Below, piece after piece: positions 45,205 through 55,552 of a DNA stretch of 64,000 nucleotides (position 1 is the stretch's first letter; the number at the start of each line of letters is the position of its first letter). Source of the DNA: an uncultured Desulfovibrionaceae bacterium (GTDB lineage Bacteria; Desulfobacterota; Desulfovibrionia; Desulfovibrionales; Desulfovibrionaceae); assembly GCA_964371835.1 (NCBI GenBank), contig CAYJOP010000001.1, positions 6,414 to 70,413 of the forward strand, in the 5' to 3' direction. The position numbers were made by a program, and so were the translations under genes. The notes under the pieces were generated by a model that searched no databases, had not been told where the DNA came from, and saw only the letters and a list, made by a program, of their open reading frames with translations.

Positions 45205-47664
45205 ATGTCAATAAACGCCCTTCCCCCTCATAAATTATGTGTATCAACAGATACCAAGCATATACCTTGGGATGATAGTTCAAAAATTCCGCATCCTCCC
45301 ACCAGAAGTAGCATGAAGCACATGTTGCAGCCTCGTGCCTTGAAAGCCTTGGAGCTTGCCCTGCAAATTAATAAAGATGGTTATAATGTCTATCTTTCTG
45401 GCGGCTCACATCTTGGGCGCTCCTATATTGTAAGGCAATTTCTTGCTCCACATGCCCAAAAAGCTAAAACTCCGCCAGACTTGGTATACTTAAATAATTT
45501 TAATGATGTAGACAAACCTGTCTTGGTATCACTACCAGCTGGGCATGGGCGTAAGTTAAAAAAGTCCTTACATGATGTGATGACTAAGATTCGTAAAGAA
45601 TTGCCTCGCCGTTTTGAGGCTGATTTCTTCCTCACTCGCAGGGCCAAAATTGTTGATGTTTTTCAAGAAGAAAAGTCCATTTTACTTAAAGAAATGGATA
45701 AAATCGCCAAAAGAAAGGGGTTTCACCTTGATATGGATGATAGTGGTGGTTTGACCCTTTATCCATTGGTTAAAGGCAAAAGGCTTAGTGAAGAAGAGTT
45801 TGAAGGCCTAGAGTCAGACGTAAGGCAAAATTTCAAACGTAAGGCCGACACCTTACTGCACACCATGAGCGGACTAATGCGTCGTTTAAGCCGTGCAGAG
45901 CAAGGCTTTCGCGAGCAAGAAAGAGAGCTTGAACAAGATGTTGCCAAAAAAGCCTTAACTGAAATTCTTGCCCCTGCTGAAAAGCAATGCTTAAAGCAAT
46001 ATCCTTGCAAAGCTTTGGAAGAATATTTTAAACAATTATGGGAAAATATCCTTGATAATGTGGAAAATTTCATGACAAAAGACCAATCATCACCGCAAGC
46101 CATTCCCCTTGCTGGTATGGGTGATTTGTCCATGAATCCACAAATGCATGAAACTGACCCTTCACGCTATGACGTTAATATTTTTGTGGATAATACAAAT
46201 ACAAAGGGCGCACCAGTTATATTGGAGGATAATCCCACTGCTTCAAACTTGCTTGGTTGTATTGAGCGTGAGTCTGAAATGGGCACACTTATTACTGACT
46301 TTAAGCTCATTAAATCTGGGTCTTTACATAAAGCTAATGGCGGTTATTTGCTCATAAGGGTGGAGGATGTTTTACAGCATTTTCATGCTTGGGAGGGTTT
46401 ATTAAGAGCTTTGCGCACTGGCCTTGCCCGCATTGAAGACATTGGCGAGGGCCACGACAGTGCCATTCGCACCAAGGGTATTGAGCCTGAACCCATTAAT
46501 CTTGATGTAAAAATTATTTTAATAGGTAGCGATGGTTTTTATGAAACCTTGCTAAATAGTGACGAAAGGTTTGGCAAACTCTTTAGAATTAAAGCGCATC
46601 TTTCAGAACAAACAGAAAGAAATACCTCGACCATTAAGTCATATTTATATAGAATTAAACGCATTATTGAAGATGATAATTTGCTAACCTTTGACAAAAG
46701 TGGCCTTGGCTGGGTTGTGGGTCATGGCTCACGTTTGGTTGAGGATCAACGCAAATTAAGCTTAAAATTTCCACTACTTCGTGAAATTATGATTGAGGCC
46801 TCAACCCTTGCCACCAAGAATAAATTGGACATGGTAAACCATGAAACCCTAGAAGCAGCCCTTGTGGATAAAATTTATCGTGCAAATCTTGTGGAAGAAA
46901 TTTTCATGGAGGAGTACGATAGAGAATTTATTAAAGTGCGCACCTCTGGCAATGCTATTGGGCAAGTAAATGGCTTGTCTGTTAGCTTTCATGGTGATTT
47001 TGAGTTTGGCCTACCCCATCAAATATCTTGTACAGTGGGCGTTGGGCATGGTGGAATTATTGACCTTGAGCGTGAAGCTGAGCTTGGTGGCCCAATCCAC
47101 ACCAAGGCCATGATGATATTAAAAAGCTATTTAGTTTCATTATTTGCAAGGCGCAGACCCATTGTGCTTACAGGTAGTCTATATTTTGAACAAAGCTATG
47201 CTGGCATTGAAGGCGACTCAGCCTCAGGTGCTGAGCTTGTGGCCTTGCTTTCTGCCATTGCAGAAGTGCCGGTACGCCTTGATTTAGCCTTCACGGGTGC
47301 AGTTAGCCAATCAGGTCAAATTATGGCCGTGGGCGGCGTTACTCGTAAAATTGAAGGCTTTTTTGAAGTATGCGCAAGGCATCGCTTAACTGGCACGCAA
47401 GGGGTCATATTACCATATGATAATGTTGAACATTTAATGCTAGCCCCGCATATTTTAGATGCAGTAAATGAGAAAAAGTTTGCTATCTATCCTGTTAAGC
47501 ATATTGATGAAGCATTGGAACTGCTTATGGGCATGCCTGTGGGCAAAAGAAGAAAAAACGACACCTTTACCACTGGTACTCTCTATGACCTTGTGGATAG
47601 ACGTTTGAAATTACTTGGGGATTATGCCGAAGAAAGCAACCGCCGCAAAGGACGACGGGCTTGA
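45205..47664 (+). CDS. Lon-like protease (AAA32-type N-region with degenerate P-loop plus Lon_C S16 domain)
   Basis: C-terminal IEGDSASGAELVALLSAIA...AVGGVTRKIEGFF gives the Ser-Lys dyad context of LonB/LonC-type proteases. The P-loop position reads GGSHLGRS rather than GxxGxGK[ST]. Confidence 0.8.
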   Translation: MSINALPPHKLCVSTDTKHIPWDDSSKIPHPPTRSSMKHMLQPRALKALELALQINKDGYNVYLSGGSHLGRSYIVRQFLAPHAQKAKTPPDLVYLNNFNDVDKPVLVSLPAGHGRKLKKSLHDVMTKIRKELPRRFEADFFLTRRAKIVDVFQEEKSILLKEMDKIAKRKGFHLDMDDSGGLTLYPLVKGKRLSEEEFEGLESDVRQNFKRKADTLLHTMSGLMRRLSRAEQGFREQERELEQDVAKKALTEILAPAEKQCLKQYPCKALEEYFKQLWENILDNVENFMTKDQSSPQAIPLAGMGDLSMNPQMHETDPSRYDVNIFVDNTNTKGAPVILEDNPTASNLLGCIERESEMGTLITDFKLIKSGSLHKANGGYLLIRVEDVLQHFHAWEGLLRALRTGLARIEDIGEGHDSAIRTKGIEPEPINLDVKIILIGSDGFYETLLNSDERFGKLFRIKAHLSEQTERNTSTIKSYLYRIKRIIEDDNLLTFDKSGLGWVVGHGSRLVEDQRKLSLKFPLLREIMIEASTLATKNKLDMVNHETLEAALVDKIYRANLVEEIFMEEYDREFIKVRTSGNAIGQVNGLSVSFHGDFEFGLPHQISCTVGVGHGGIIDLEREAELGGPIHTKAMMILKSYLVSLFARRRPIVLTGSLYFEQSYAGIEGDSASGAELVALLSAIAEVPVRLDLAFTGAVSQSGQIMAVGGVTRKIEGFFEVCARHRLTGTQGVILPYDNVEHLMLAPHILDAVNEKKFAIYPVKHIDEALELLMGMPVGKRRKNDTFTTGTLYDLVDRRLKLLGDYAEESNRRKGRRA

Positions 47665-48821
47665 GCCGCCAAAATATATTAATTTATAGCACTGCCCTAA
47701 TTACGGTCATGGGCGTTTCTAGTATTTTACCAGTGCTACCTGCCCTTGCAATTAGCCTAAATATACCAGAAGCTTATCTTGGTATATTTATATATTCATT
47801 TACCTTACCTGGAATTTTTCTGGCCCCTGTGGGTGGCATATTGTCTGACAGATTAGGCAGAAAGGCTATTTTGTTGCCCTGCCTTGTGCTTTTTGCCCTT
47901 GGTGGTCTTGGGGCATCATTTTGTAATAGCATAGAATTTTTTGTGTTTTGGCGCATATTGCAAGGCTGTGGTGCAGCTTGCCTTGGGGTTTTATACACAA
48001 CTATTGTGGGCGACATCTATAAAGATGATACTCAAAGGCTAGTAATCATGGGAAAAGCCGCCACTGCCTTAAGCCTTGGTGCGGCAATTTTTCCTGCCTT
48101 GGGTGGTATTTTAGGTGAAATTGGCTGGCAATGGTCGCTACGACTATCACTTTTAGCCATACCAGTGGCAATTCTTGTTTTTTTTACTGAAATTCCAAAT
48201 ATTAAGCAACACAGCAGCATGCAAGTTTATGCTAAAGAAGTTAAAGGTTTTATTTTACAAAAAAATACCTTGCTACACTTTGGCTTAACACTTTGTGCTT
48301 TTTGTATTTTATATGGACCAATGATTACATATTTTCCACTGTTTACAAGTAGTAATTATTCTGCAAGCCCAGTTCAAATAGGTATGCTTTTTGCCATTGC
48401 CTCATTAGGCACAGCCCTTGCTACACTTTTTTTGGCCCCACTAACAAAAATATTTAACGCACGACTAACTGTTTGCATGGGTGCTTTTTTCTTTATTTTA
48501 TCAATGCTTAGCCTATTGTTATGGTCAAATAATCTAAGCGTTTGGCTTTTAAGCATACCAGTTCTTTTTTATGGCATGGGCCAAGGTTTCAGCTATCCCA
48601 CTGTCATGAGCTCACTGACAAGCCTTGCTCCATGTAGTGGACGTGGCATACTCATGGCTGCCAACGGCACAATACTGCGCCTTGCCCAAAGCTTTGCCCC
48701 ATTTCTTTGTGGCTATTTGTTCTTAGGTGGTGCATTTAATGCTGTGTTTGGATTTGGTATTTTTATGGGCATTTGTATGATTTTGCTAGCCCTGAATACC
48801 TTTAATCAAACAATTAATTGA
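47661..48821 (+). CDS. MFS transporter
   Basis: 12 TM-like segments. Motif A GGILSDRLGRKAILL. TTG start overlaps the Lon-like stop by 4 nt; a downstream ATG start is possible. Confidence 0.85.
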   Translation: MSRQNILIYSTALITVMGVSSILPVLPALAISLNIPEAYLGIFIYSFTLPGIFLAPVGGILSDRLGRKAILLPCLVLFALGGLGASFCNSIEFFVFWRILQGCGAACLGVLYTTIVGDIYKDDTQRLVIMGKAATALSLGAAIFPALGGILGEIGWQWSLRLSLLAIPVAILVFFTEIPNIKQHSSMQVYAKEVKGFILQKNTLLHFGLTLCAFCILYGPMITYFPLFTSSNYSASPVQIGMLFAIASLGTALATLFLAPLTKIFNARLTVCMGAFFFILSMLSLLLWSNNLSVWLLSIPVLFYGMGQGFSYPTVMSSLTSLAPCSGRGILMAANGTILRLAQSFAPFLCGYLFLGGAFNAVFGFGIFMGICMILLALNTFNQTIN

Positions 48822-48887
48822 CTTCTTTGCCCGAAAAGACTAGTAAGCAAAAATATTGTTTGAGCAACCAATTTATACAGGATTACC

Positions 48888-49469
48888 ATGCAGCAAACCA
48901 AGAAAGACGCCCTACTAACAGCCGCCAAAGAGCTTTTTGGCGAATATGGCTATGTGGAAACAACATTTAAAAAAATTTCTGAAAAAGCAGGCGTTGCCCT
49001 TGGTCTTTTGACTCATCATTATGGCAATAAGGAAAAGCTTTTTCTTGCTGCTGCTCTTGATGTGCTTGATAATTTCTTGGCTGCTTTGCGTGAAGCCACA
49101 GCCAAGGGTGACACTGGCTATGACTCAGTAATGAACTTTTGCAAAGCTTATTTGGATTTTTCCATTGATAAAAATTCCAACTGGCTTGTGCTGGTAAGGT
49201 GTTCACCCTATAGTGACATGAAAACCACTGCTGATCGTGACCATATGACCAAGAGCTTTGAGCAAGTATATAAAGAGCTTGAAAAACATTTACAACGCGG
49301 TATTGATGATGGAAGCATTGGCAAATTAAACAGTGCAGAAACTGCTCAAGTAATTATATCTTTAATGGTAGGCGTTAACAGAACAAGAGTTCTAACACCC
49401 TATGCAGGCGATAGCCTTTATACAGAAGCCCTTAGCTTTGTGGAAAGGGCCATTGCGGTAAAATGTTAA
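48888..49469 (+). CDS. TetR/AcrR family transcriptional regulator
   Basis: N-terminal HTH TFKKISEKAGVALGLLTHHYGNKEKLF. 193 aa. Confidence 0.88.
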   Translation: MQQTKKDALLTAAKELFGEYGYVETTFKKISEKAGVALGLLTHHYGNKEKLFLAAALDVLDNFLAALREATAKGDTGYDSVMNFCKAYLDFSIDKNSNWLVLVRCSPYSDMKTTADRDHMTKSFEQVYKELEKHLQRGIDDGSIGKLNSAETAQVIISLMVGVNRTRVLTPYAGDSLYTEALSFVERAIAVKC

Positions 49470-50890
49470 TGAGCGCAAACTGCCTTTTGCCTTTTTTTAA
49501 TGGATAATAGCGAAAGAATAATTGCTGATAATACTCCTAAATAACTGTATAAACTATTCCCACTAGTGGCCGCCACAAGGCCAAAAGTCCCACCAACAAT
49601 TATTGCCGCACACATGCCAATATGCTGTAATTTATAGCATTTATGCAGTGTCATGCCCATAAACACAGGTGCCACAACCCCACAAACATATATATCATTT
49701 GCCATAAGCAAAAGTTGTAAAATTCCCTTACCGCTCAAAGCTAAAATAACGCCCCCAATACCCATTAACACAATACAAAACCTACATATATTTGTACTCT
49801 TTTTACGCAAAATATCATTACTACAAATAGTCGCCGCAGTAATTAAGCTTGAATCCACAGAAGATATAAGCGCACTAAAAATTCCTAAAAATGCAAAGAT
49901 CCTGGCCCAAGGTGGAAGCTGCTCAAAAAGCACTGTTGTAAGTACCTTTTCAGGAGTCATGGTAAGCATATCCACACTCACAAATGCCCTGCATATAATG
50001 CCAAGGCAAACTATAAGCACAGCCGTGATAATCAAGCCAAAAACAGCTAATAATGTACCTTTTTTTGCAGCGTTACTGTTTTTTGCACTATAAAGACGTG
50101 CAAAAAGCATGGGGCAAACCACATAACTACCACCAAGAATTAACAAAAAGTATGAAAATTTACTTAAAGTAAAGTCAGCATTCACAAATTCTAAAGGAAC
50201 GACGCTTAAAGGATTTACGATTGCTTGCTCGTTGATATTGAGTGTAAGCAAGGCTAAAGCTAGAATTAAAGCTAACATAAGAATAATATATTGCAAAATA
50301 TCACTTTTAATAACAGCAGCTTGTCCGCCAATACAAGCATAAATTATAACAATGCTTGCACCCAATAAAAGTGATAAGGTAAAGGCATCAAATCTAGCAA
50401 GAGTATCTGCAAATGAGCTTGGCAAAAAGGCCAAGGCCTCTGGCATAAGCGGTAAAATTAATGCCGCCATGGCACTAAATTGAGCAGAAGTTATGGCTAA
50501 CCATGCTAAAATAATTATGATTGAAGTTAAGGGTCTAGCTTGTGGGCCAAGATATGTTTTAACCATTTCTGGTAAGGTGTAAGCGCCACTTTCACGCACC
50601 TTGGATGCAAGAAATATGGCTAAAACACAAAGCCCCACGGCACTTGTGCCAAGCCACCAAAATGCTGGCGTGCCCACTTGCCATGCAAGACCTGCCATGC
50701 CAAGCGTTGCAGAACCCCCAACACATGATGCCACTATGGAAAAACCAACTTCCTTAGCTGAGGACTGCCTGTTATTAATGAAAAAACTTTCATAAACTTC
50801 TTGTTTTGTTGCACTTTTAAGTGATTTTTTGCCAATGCTATAAAATGAGAGTGCAAAGAGCAACAAGGCATAAAGTAATAACCAAATCAT
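49466..50890 (-). CDS. Sodium:solute symporter (SSS/SLC5, PanF-like) family transporter
   Basis: Pattern FFINNRQSS..VGFSIVASCVGGSATLGMAGLAWQVG..FWW......KVRESGAYTLPEMV is typical of the SSS family. About 13 TM segments. The ATG overlaps the bioDA stop (ATGA). Confidence 0.8.
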   Translation of the reverse strand: MIWLLLYALLLFALSFYSIGKKSLKSATKQEVYESFFINNRQSSAKEVGFSIVASCVGGSATLGMAGLAWQVGTPAFWWLGTSAVGLCVLAIFLASKVRESGAYTLPEMVKTYLGPQARPLTSIIIILAWLAITSAQFSAMAALILPLMPEALAFLPSSFADTLARFDAFTLSLLLGASIVIIYACIGGQAAVIKSDILQYIILMLALILALALLTLNINEQAIVNPLSVVPLEFVNADFTLSKFSYFLLILGGSYVVCPMLFARLYSAKNSNAAKKGTLLAVFGLIITAVLIVCLGIICRAFVSVDMLTMTPEKVLTTVLFEQLPPWARIFAFLGIFSALISSVDSSLITAATICSNDILRKKSTNICRFCIVLMGIGGVILALSGKGILQLLLMANDIYVCGVVAPVFMGMTLHKCYKLQHIGMCAAIIVGGTFGLVAATSGNSLYSYLGVLSAIILSLLSIKKRQKAVCAH

Positions 50891-52986
50891 ACTTTATGCA
50901 CTCCCAATTTAATGGCTTTGATGATGACATGACTTAAACATTTTATGTCAAAGTTTGTGGCAATATAGGGTGGCATAATATAGATAAGTTTTGCAAATGG
51001 GCGAATCCATACATTATTTTTCACAAAAAATTCTTGCAATGCCGCCACATTAACTTGGTTTTGCATCTCCACAACCCCAATGGCCCCAAGCACACGCACA
51101 TCTGCAACACCTTCAAGCTTTGCACATTCTTCAAGGTTTTGTTTTAATTCTTTTTCTATGTTCAACACTTGCTCTTGCCAATGATTGCGTGAAAATATGT
51201 CAAGTGATGCACAAGCCACAGCACAAGCAAGGGCATTGCCCATAAAGGTTGGGCCATGCATAAATACTTGCTCATGGGCACAAATGCCGCTTGCCACATC
51301 TTCCGTGCAGATACTTGCCCCAAGGCTTAACATGCCACCCGTTAATGCTTTGCCCACACAACAAATATCTGGGCAAATTTCTGCCCACTCAGCGGCAAAC
51401 ATCTTCCCAGTGCGCCCAAAGCCAGTGGCAATTTCATCAAAAATCAAAAGCACATGGTGTTCTTTGCACAGCTTTTGTAAATGCATTAAGTAGCGTGGAT
51501 CATAAAACCACATGCCACCTGCCCCTTGCACAATGGGCTCAATTATAACTGCGCAAAGTTCATTACCATATTCATTAAAAGCTTGCTCAAGCTCAGTTAA
51601 GCAATTACTATCAAAGGAATTATTTATATTTCCATCAAAAGCACATGACGGGCGAGGTATAAAAATATGCTGAGTTAAAACATCATTAAAAAGCCTATGC
51701 ATACCATTTATGGGGTCACAAACACTCATGGCCCCCATGGTGTCGCCATAGTAGCCACCACGAGGGCTTAAAAACTTGGTGCGTTGTGTTTCAGCACGGC
51801 CTTGTTGATATTGCAGGGCCATTTTAAGTGCAACTTCCACGGCTACAGAGCCAGAATCTGCCCAAAAAACTCGTGAAAGCTCGCCTAGACCACAATTTTC
51901 AAAAAGATGCAAAAGCTTTTTGGCAGCATTTACTGCTGGTACATGGGTTAAGCCACCAAACATAATATGAGACATATGCTTTGCCTGTTTTTGTGCGGCG
52001 TTTATAAGCTCCTCATGCCCATAACCATGCACAGCACACCACCATGAGGACATACCGTCCACCAACGGTTCATGCCTATCTTGTAAATATATATGCATTC
52101 CCTTGGTATGACTAACTTCATACACAGGTAGCGGAGTTATGGCAGAGGTATAAGGATGCCACAAATGAGCCTTATCCCAATTTATTAGGTCAGATTGCGA
52201 TGTTATTTCTTGCCTTAGTGCAATTTCGTAAGATTTTTTCCAAAAACTCACCAACTCTTTTGCAAGTGGTGCAAGGGCATTGGCAGCCATGCTCCAGACT
52301 TGTTCACAATTACTTGCTAAGTCTTTTAAATATGGCAAAGAATATATGGGAATATGCGGAGCATACTCTTTTAGAAAAGCAATATTATCCTGTTTTATTA
52401 TACTGTTATGTTTTTCTTTTTCTGTGCTTACAATGGCAATAACTTTAAGCCCACGCATTTTTAAGGCTTCAAGGCTAAGCAAGACGTGATTAAGTGCGCC
52501 AAGAGTATTATGCATTACCAATAGTACAGGCATTGCAAGACTTTGCATTAAATCTAAACTGGTTTCGCCTTGATTTAGAGGAACGCAAACTCCCCCTGCC
52601 CCTTCCAAGAGCATGGGTACATTTTCACTTTGTAAACTTGTGATTTCTGAGCATAAATTATTGACGCAAAGGCTTTTATTTTCATCTTTTGCAGCTAGAT
52701 GAGGTGAAGCTGGCAGGGTAAAAGAATGTATGGTTTTTGGTTTATAAATATCAGGAACTTTTATGTGGCCAAGGGCATGAGTATAAATGCTACTATCTAA
52801 AATGCCTGTAGTAGCATTTTGCGTTGAGCTAACGCCAGTTTGAATGGGTTTTATGGCTAGAAAGGCTTTAAAGTTGGCAGTATGCCAAGACCAAAGGGCA
52901 CGATTAAGGGCCGCTGTAACAATGGTTTTACCAACATCTGTGCCAGTTCCACTAATGAATACGCCGTGTATTGTTTGCATTAACAT
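50887..52986 (-). CDS. bioDA: Fused dethiobiotin synthetase / adenosylmethionine-8-amino-7-oxononanoate aminotransferase (BioD-BioA)
   Basis: N-terminal BioD P-loop ISGTGTDVGKT. From about residue 265, collinear with E. coli BioA as I recall it (HLWHPYTS..PLPVY, LVDGMSSWWCAVHGYGH, IFDEIATGFGRTGKMFA, VGKALTGG, FMHGPTFMGN, VRVLGAIGVVE, WIRPFAKLIYIMPPY). Confidence 0.88.
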   Translation of the reverse strand: MLMQTIHGVFISGTGTDVGKTIVTAALNRALWSWHTANFKAFLAIKPIQTGVSSTQNATTGILDSSIYTHALGHIKVPDIYKPKTIHSFTLPASPHLAAKDENKSLCVNNLCSEITSLQSENVPMLLEGAGGVCVPLNQGETSLDLMQSLAMPVLLVMHNTLGALNHVLLSLEALKMRGLKVIAIVSTEKEKHNSIIKQDNIAFLKEYAPHIPIYSLPYLKDLASNCEQVWSMAANALAPLAKELVSFWKKSYEIALRQEITSQSDLINWDKAHLWHPYTSAITPLPVYEVSHTKGMHIYLQDRHEPLVDGMSSWWCAVHGYGHEELINAAQKQAKHMSHIMFGGLTHVPAVNAAKKLLHLFENCGLGELSRVFWADSGSVAVEVALKMALQYQQGRAETQRTKFLSPRGGYYGDTMGAMSVCDPINGMHRLFNDVLTQHIFIPRPSCAFDGNINNSFDSNCLTELEQAFNEYGNELCAVIIEPIVQGAGGMWFYDPRYLMHLQKLCKEHHVLLIFDEIATGFGRTGKMFAAEWAEICPDICCVGKALTGGMLSLGASICTEDVASGICAHEQVFMHGPTFMGNALACAVACASLDIFSRNHWQEQVLNIEKELKQNLEECAKLEGVADVRVLGAIGVVEMQNQVNVAALQEFFVKNNVWIRPFAKLIYIMPPYIATNFDIKCLSHVIIKAIKLGVHKV

Positions 52987-52997
52987 AAATCTTGCAC

Positions 52998-53023
52998 AAA
53001 AAAGCCCGCATTTGCGGGCTTTT
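52998..53023 (-). terminator. Rho-independent terminator after rpsT
   Basis: GCCCGCA-TT-TGCGGGC stem flanked by A6 and T4 on the plus strand, so T6 follows the stem on the minus strand. Confidence 0.8.
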
Positions 53024-53044
53024 AAATAATTTTTTAATGTAAAA

Positions 53045-53317
53045 CTATTCTACAGTGCCGATTTTGTTAACGGCCACGGCAAGGCGAGAAATTTTACGAG
53101 CAGCTTTTTTCCAATGCATAGCACCCTTGGTTGACGCTTTATCCAGCACAGAAGTAGCTACTAAAAGAGCCTTTGCGGCTGCTTCTTTATCATTACTTTG
53201 AATAGCTGCACGAACATCTTTAACAACGTTTTTCACACGACTACGAACAGCACGATTACGCTCAGCACGAACAAGACTTTGCTTGTGACGCTTGATGGCA
53301 GACTTATGGTTAGCCAC
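53045..53317 (-). CDS. rpsT: 30S ribosomal protein S20
   Basis: [29 protein letters not shown]. Start set at GTG 53317 with GGAGG 5 nt upstream (90 aa). Confidence 0.93.
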   Translation of the reverse strand: MANHKSAIKRHKQSLVRAERNRAVRSRVKNVVKDVRAAIQSNDKEAAAKALLVATSVLDKASTKGAMHWKKAARKISRLAVAVNKIGTVE

Positions 53318-53443
53318 ATTTTCCTCCAAATAGTTGAAATATACTACGCTTAAAACCAAGACATTTGGCTACAGCATTTTTTACAATTAACGAACGTGAG
53401 TGACTATCGTCTTTTCACATTCTTGTCAATAGTTTTTTTACAA

Positions 53444-55543
53444 TTAAACTTGCAAAGCTGAAAAATCTGCAAAGTTGCCCATTCTATCCATCAATGCTTT
53501 AAGCATATTTAGGCGGTTTTGGCGTAATTTTTCATCATCACACATAACCATAACCCCATCAAAAAAACCATCCACTGCTGGGCGAATGTCCAATAATAGT
53601 TGTGGTATATCCTTAAAATTACCCTCAGCCCAAAGTTTATCAAAGCTTGGTAAGGCAGAATCTAAGGCTTTAGCCAATGTTTTTTCTGCATCTTCTTCCA
53701 AAAGTTCAGATTTATATGCGCCGTTAAGCTCTTGCTCCCCACCTTGCTTACGCACAATATTAGAAACACGCTTAAATGTTTGTACAGCTTCAGTATAACG
53801 CTCACTTTTTTGCAATAACTCCAAAGCATCAAGGCGTTTTTTGGCGGCGCAAACATCTGTTGAATCTGCATTTAGCACAGCATCAACCAATAATGTATCA
53901 GCACCCTTGCCTTGCCAATAATTTTTAAGCCTTGCGGCAAAAAATTCATCAAGCTTAGTTAAGCATTCATCGGCTGGCAATTTCCAATTTTTATCACCAT
54001 ATAATTCATGCGCTTGCTTAAATAATGCTTGCACATTGATGGGCAAATTAAATTCAAGCACACAACGTGCAATGCCAAGGGCTGCACGGCGCAAGGCATG
54101 CGGGTCTGCTGTGCCTGTGGGAATCATACCAAGGCCAAAGCAGCCAACTAGGCTGTCTGCTTTATCAGCTATTGAAAGTATTGCCCCAAGCAAGCTTGAA
54201 GGCACAGGGCTGTCAGGCCCTGCTGGTAAATATTGCTCTTGCAAGGCCTTGCAAACATCTGCATGCTCACCCTTCTTGCCAGCGTAAATTCCGCCCATAA
54301 TGCCTTGTAAGGTGTCAAACTCACCCACCATACCAGACACAAGGTCAGCCTTAGAAAGACGGCCAGCCTTGGCTGCATGGTCAATATTTGCATGGCCGCA
54401 TTCTTTGCTAAGCCAAGTGCAAAGTTTTTCAATTCTGCGGGTTTTATCACCCATAGACCCCAGCGGCCCAATGAATATAACACTATCTAAGCGTTTTAGC
54501 CAATTATCAAGGCTATCTTCCAAGTCACTACGCCAAAAAAAACGTGCATCTTCAAGGCGAGCACGAAGCACACGCTCCCACCCTTTTTGCACAATGCTCT
54601 TATCAAGCGGTGTCATATTAAGCACAGTTAAAAAATGCGGCAATAAATTACCCTTGGCATCTTCCACCCCAAAGCTTTTTTGATGGCTCTCCATGCTGGT
54701 TAAAAGCACCTCGCGTGGCACTTCAAGAAATGACTCATCAATATTACCAAGCAAGGGCACAGCATGCTCACATAAACCTTGGACTTCATCTAACAGACTG
54801 TCTTTCCAAAGTATTTTACCACTAACAGCTTTAGCCTGCTCATTACCTGCATCAATAATAGCTTTGCGGCGAAGCTCAGCCACAGGCTCAACCCCACCTT
54901 GTTTGCGTATAGTATCAAGATAATTTTTCGCATCATCCACTGAAATTGTTATTAAATCGCCAGCATTTTCAGTATGAATACGATGGCCCCAACTTATACG
55001 CTCAGATTTCAAATGCCCTACTTCAAAGGGTACAACTTCAGCATCAAAAAGAGCCAAAATCCAACGCAAAGGCCTTGCATATGCAGTATTATAAGCTCCC
55101 CAGCGCATTTTTTTGGCAAAGGGTTGACCCATAATAATTGATGGGCAGATTTCTTTTAATAAATCCACAGTTTTTGCGCCACCCATGCGCTTTTTGACAG
55201 CAATGTATGGGCCTTTTTCTGTTTCTGTGGTGAAAACTTGCTCAAGGCTTACCTCATTGGTACGCAAAAATCCTTCTAAAGCCTTGGTGGGCTTATTATC
55301 AGCATCATAAGCTACACGCACTGGCGGGCCTGCGATGACTTCTTCCTTTTCTTGCTGGATGGCTGCAATATCTTCCACCATGACCACAGCACGACGAGGT
55401 GTGCTAAATACTTTTATATTACCGTAAGCTATAGCATTTTCTTCAAATGCAGCCATAAAACGATTATAAAGCTCTGTATTTTGCGTGGGCAAAAAGCGGG
55501 CTGGCAACTCTTCACTACCAATTTCTAATATAAATAAAGACAT
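53444..55543 (-). CDS. glyS: Glycine--tRNA ligase beta subunit
   Basis: MSLFILEIGSEELPARF N-terminus. 699 aa. Directly downstream of glyQ. Confidence 0.93.
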   Translation of the reverse strand: MSLFILEIGSEELPARFLPTQNTELYNRFMAAFEENAIAYGNIKVFSTPRRAVVMVEDIAAIQQEKEEVIAGPPVRVAYDADNKPTKALEGFLRTNEVSLEQVFTTETEKGPYIAVKKRMGGAKTVDLLKEICPSIIMGQPFAKKMRWGAYNTAYARPLRWILALFDAEVVPFEVGHLKSERISWGHRIHTENAGDLITISVDDAKNYLDTIRKQGGVEPVAELRRKAIIDAGNEQAKAVSGKILWKDSLLDEVQGLCEHAVPLLGNIDESFLEVPREVLLTSMESHQKSFGVEDAKGNLLPHFLTVLNMTPLDKSIVQKGWERVLRARLEDARFFWRSDLEDSLDNWLKRLDSVIFIGPLGSMGDKTRRIEKLCTWLSKECGHANIDHAAKAGRLSKADLVSGMVGEFDTLQGIMGGIYAGKKGEHADVCKALQEQYLPAGPDSPVPSSLLGAILSIADKADSLVGCFGLGMIPTGTADPHALRRAALGIARCVLEFNLPINVQALFKQAHELYGDKNWKLPADECLTKLDEFFAARLKNYWQGKGADTLLVDAVLNADSTDVCAAKKRLDALELLQKSERYTEAVQTFKRVSNIVRKQGGEQELNGAYKSELLEEDAEKTLAKALDSALPSFDKLWAEGNFKDIPQLLLDIRPAVDGFFDGVMVMCDDEKLRQNRLNMLKALMDRMGNFADFSALQV

Positions 55544-55552
55544 ATATTTCCT

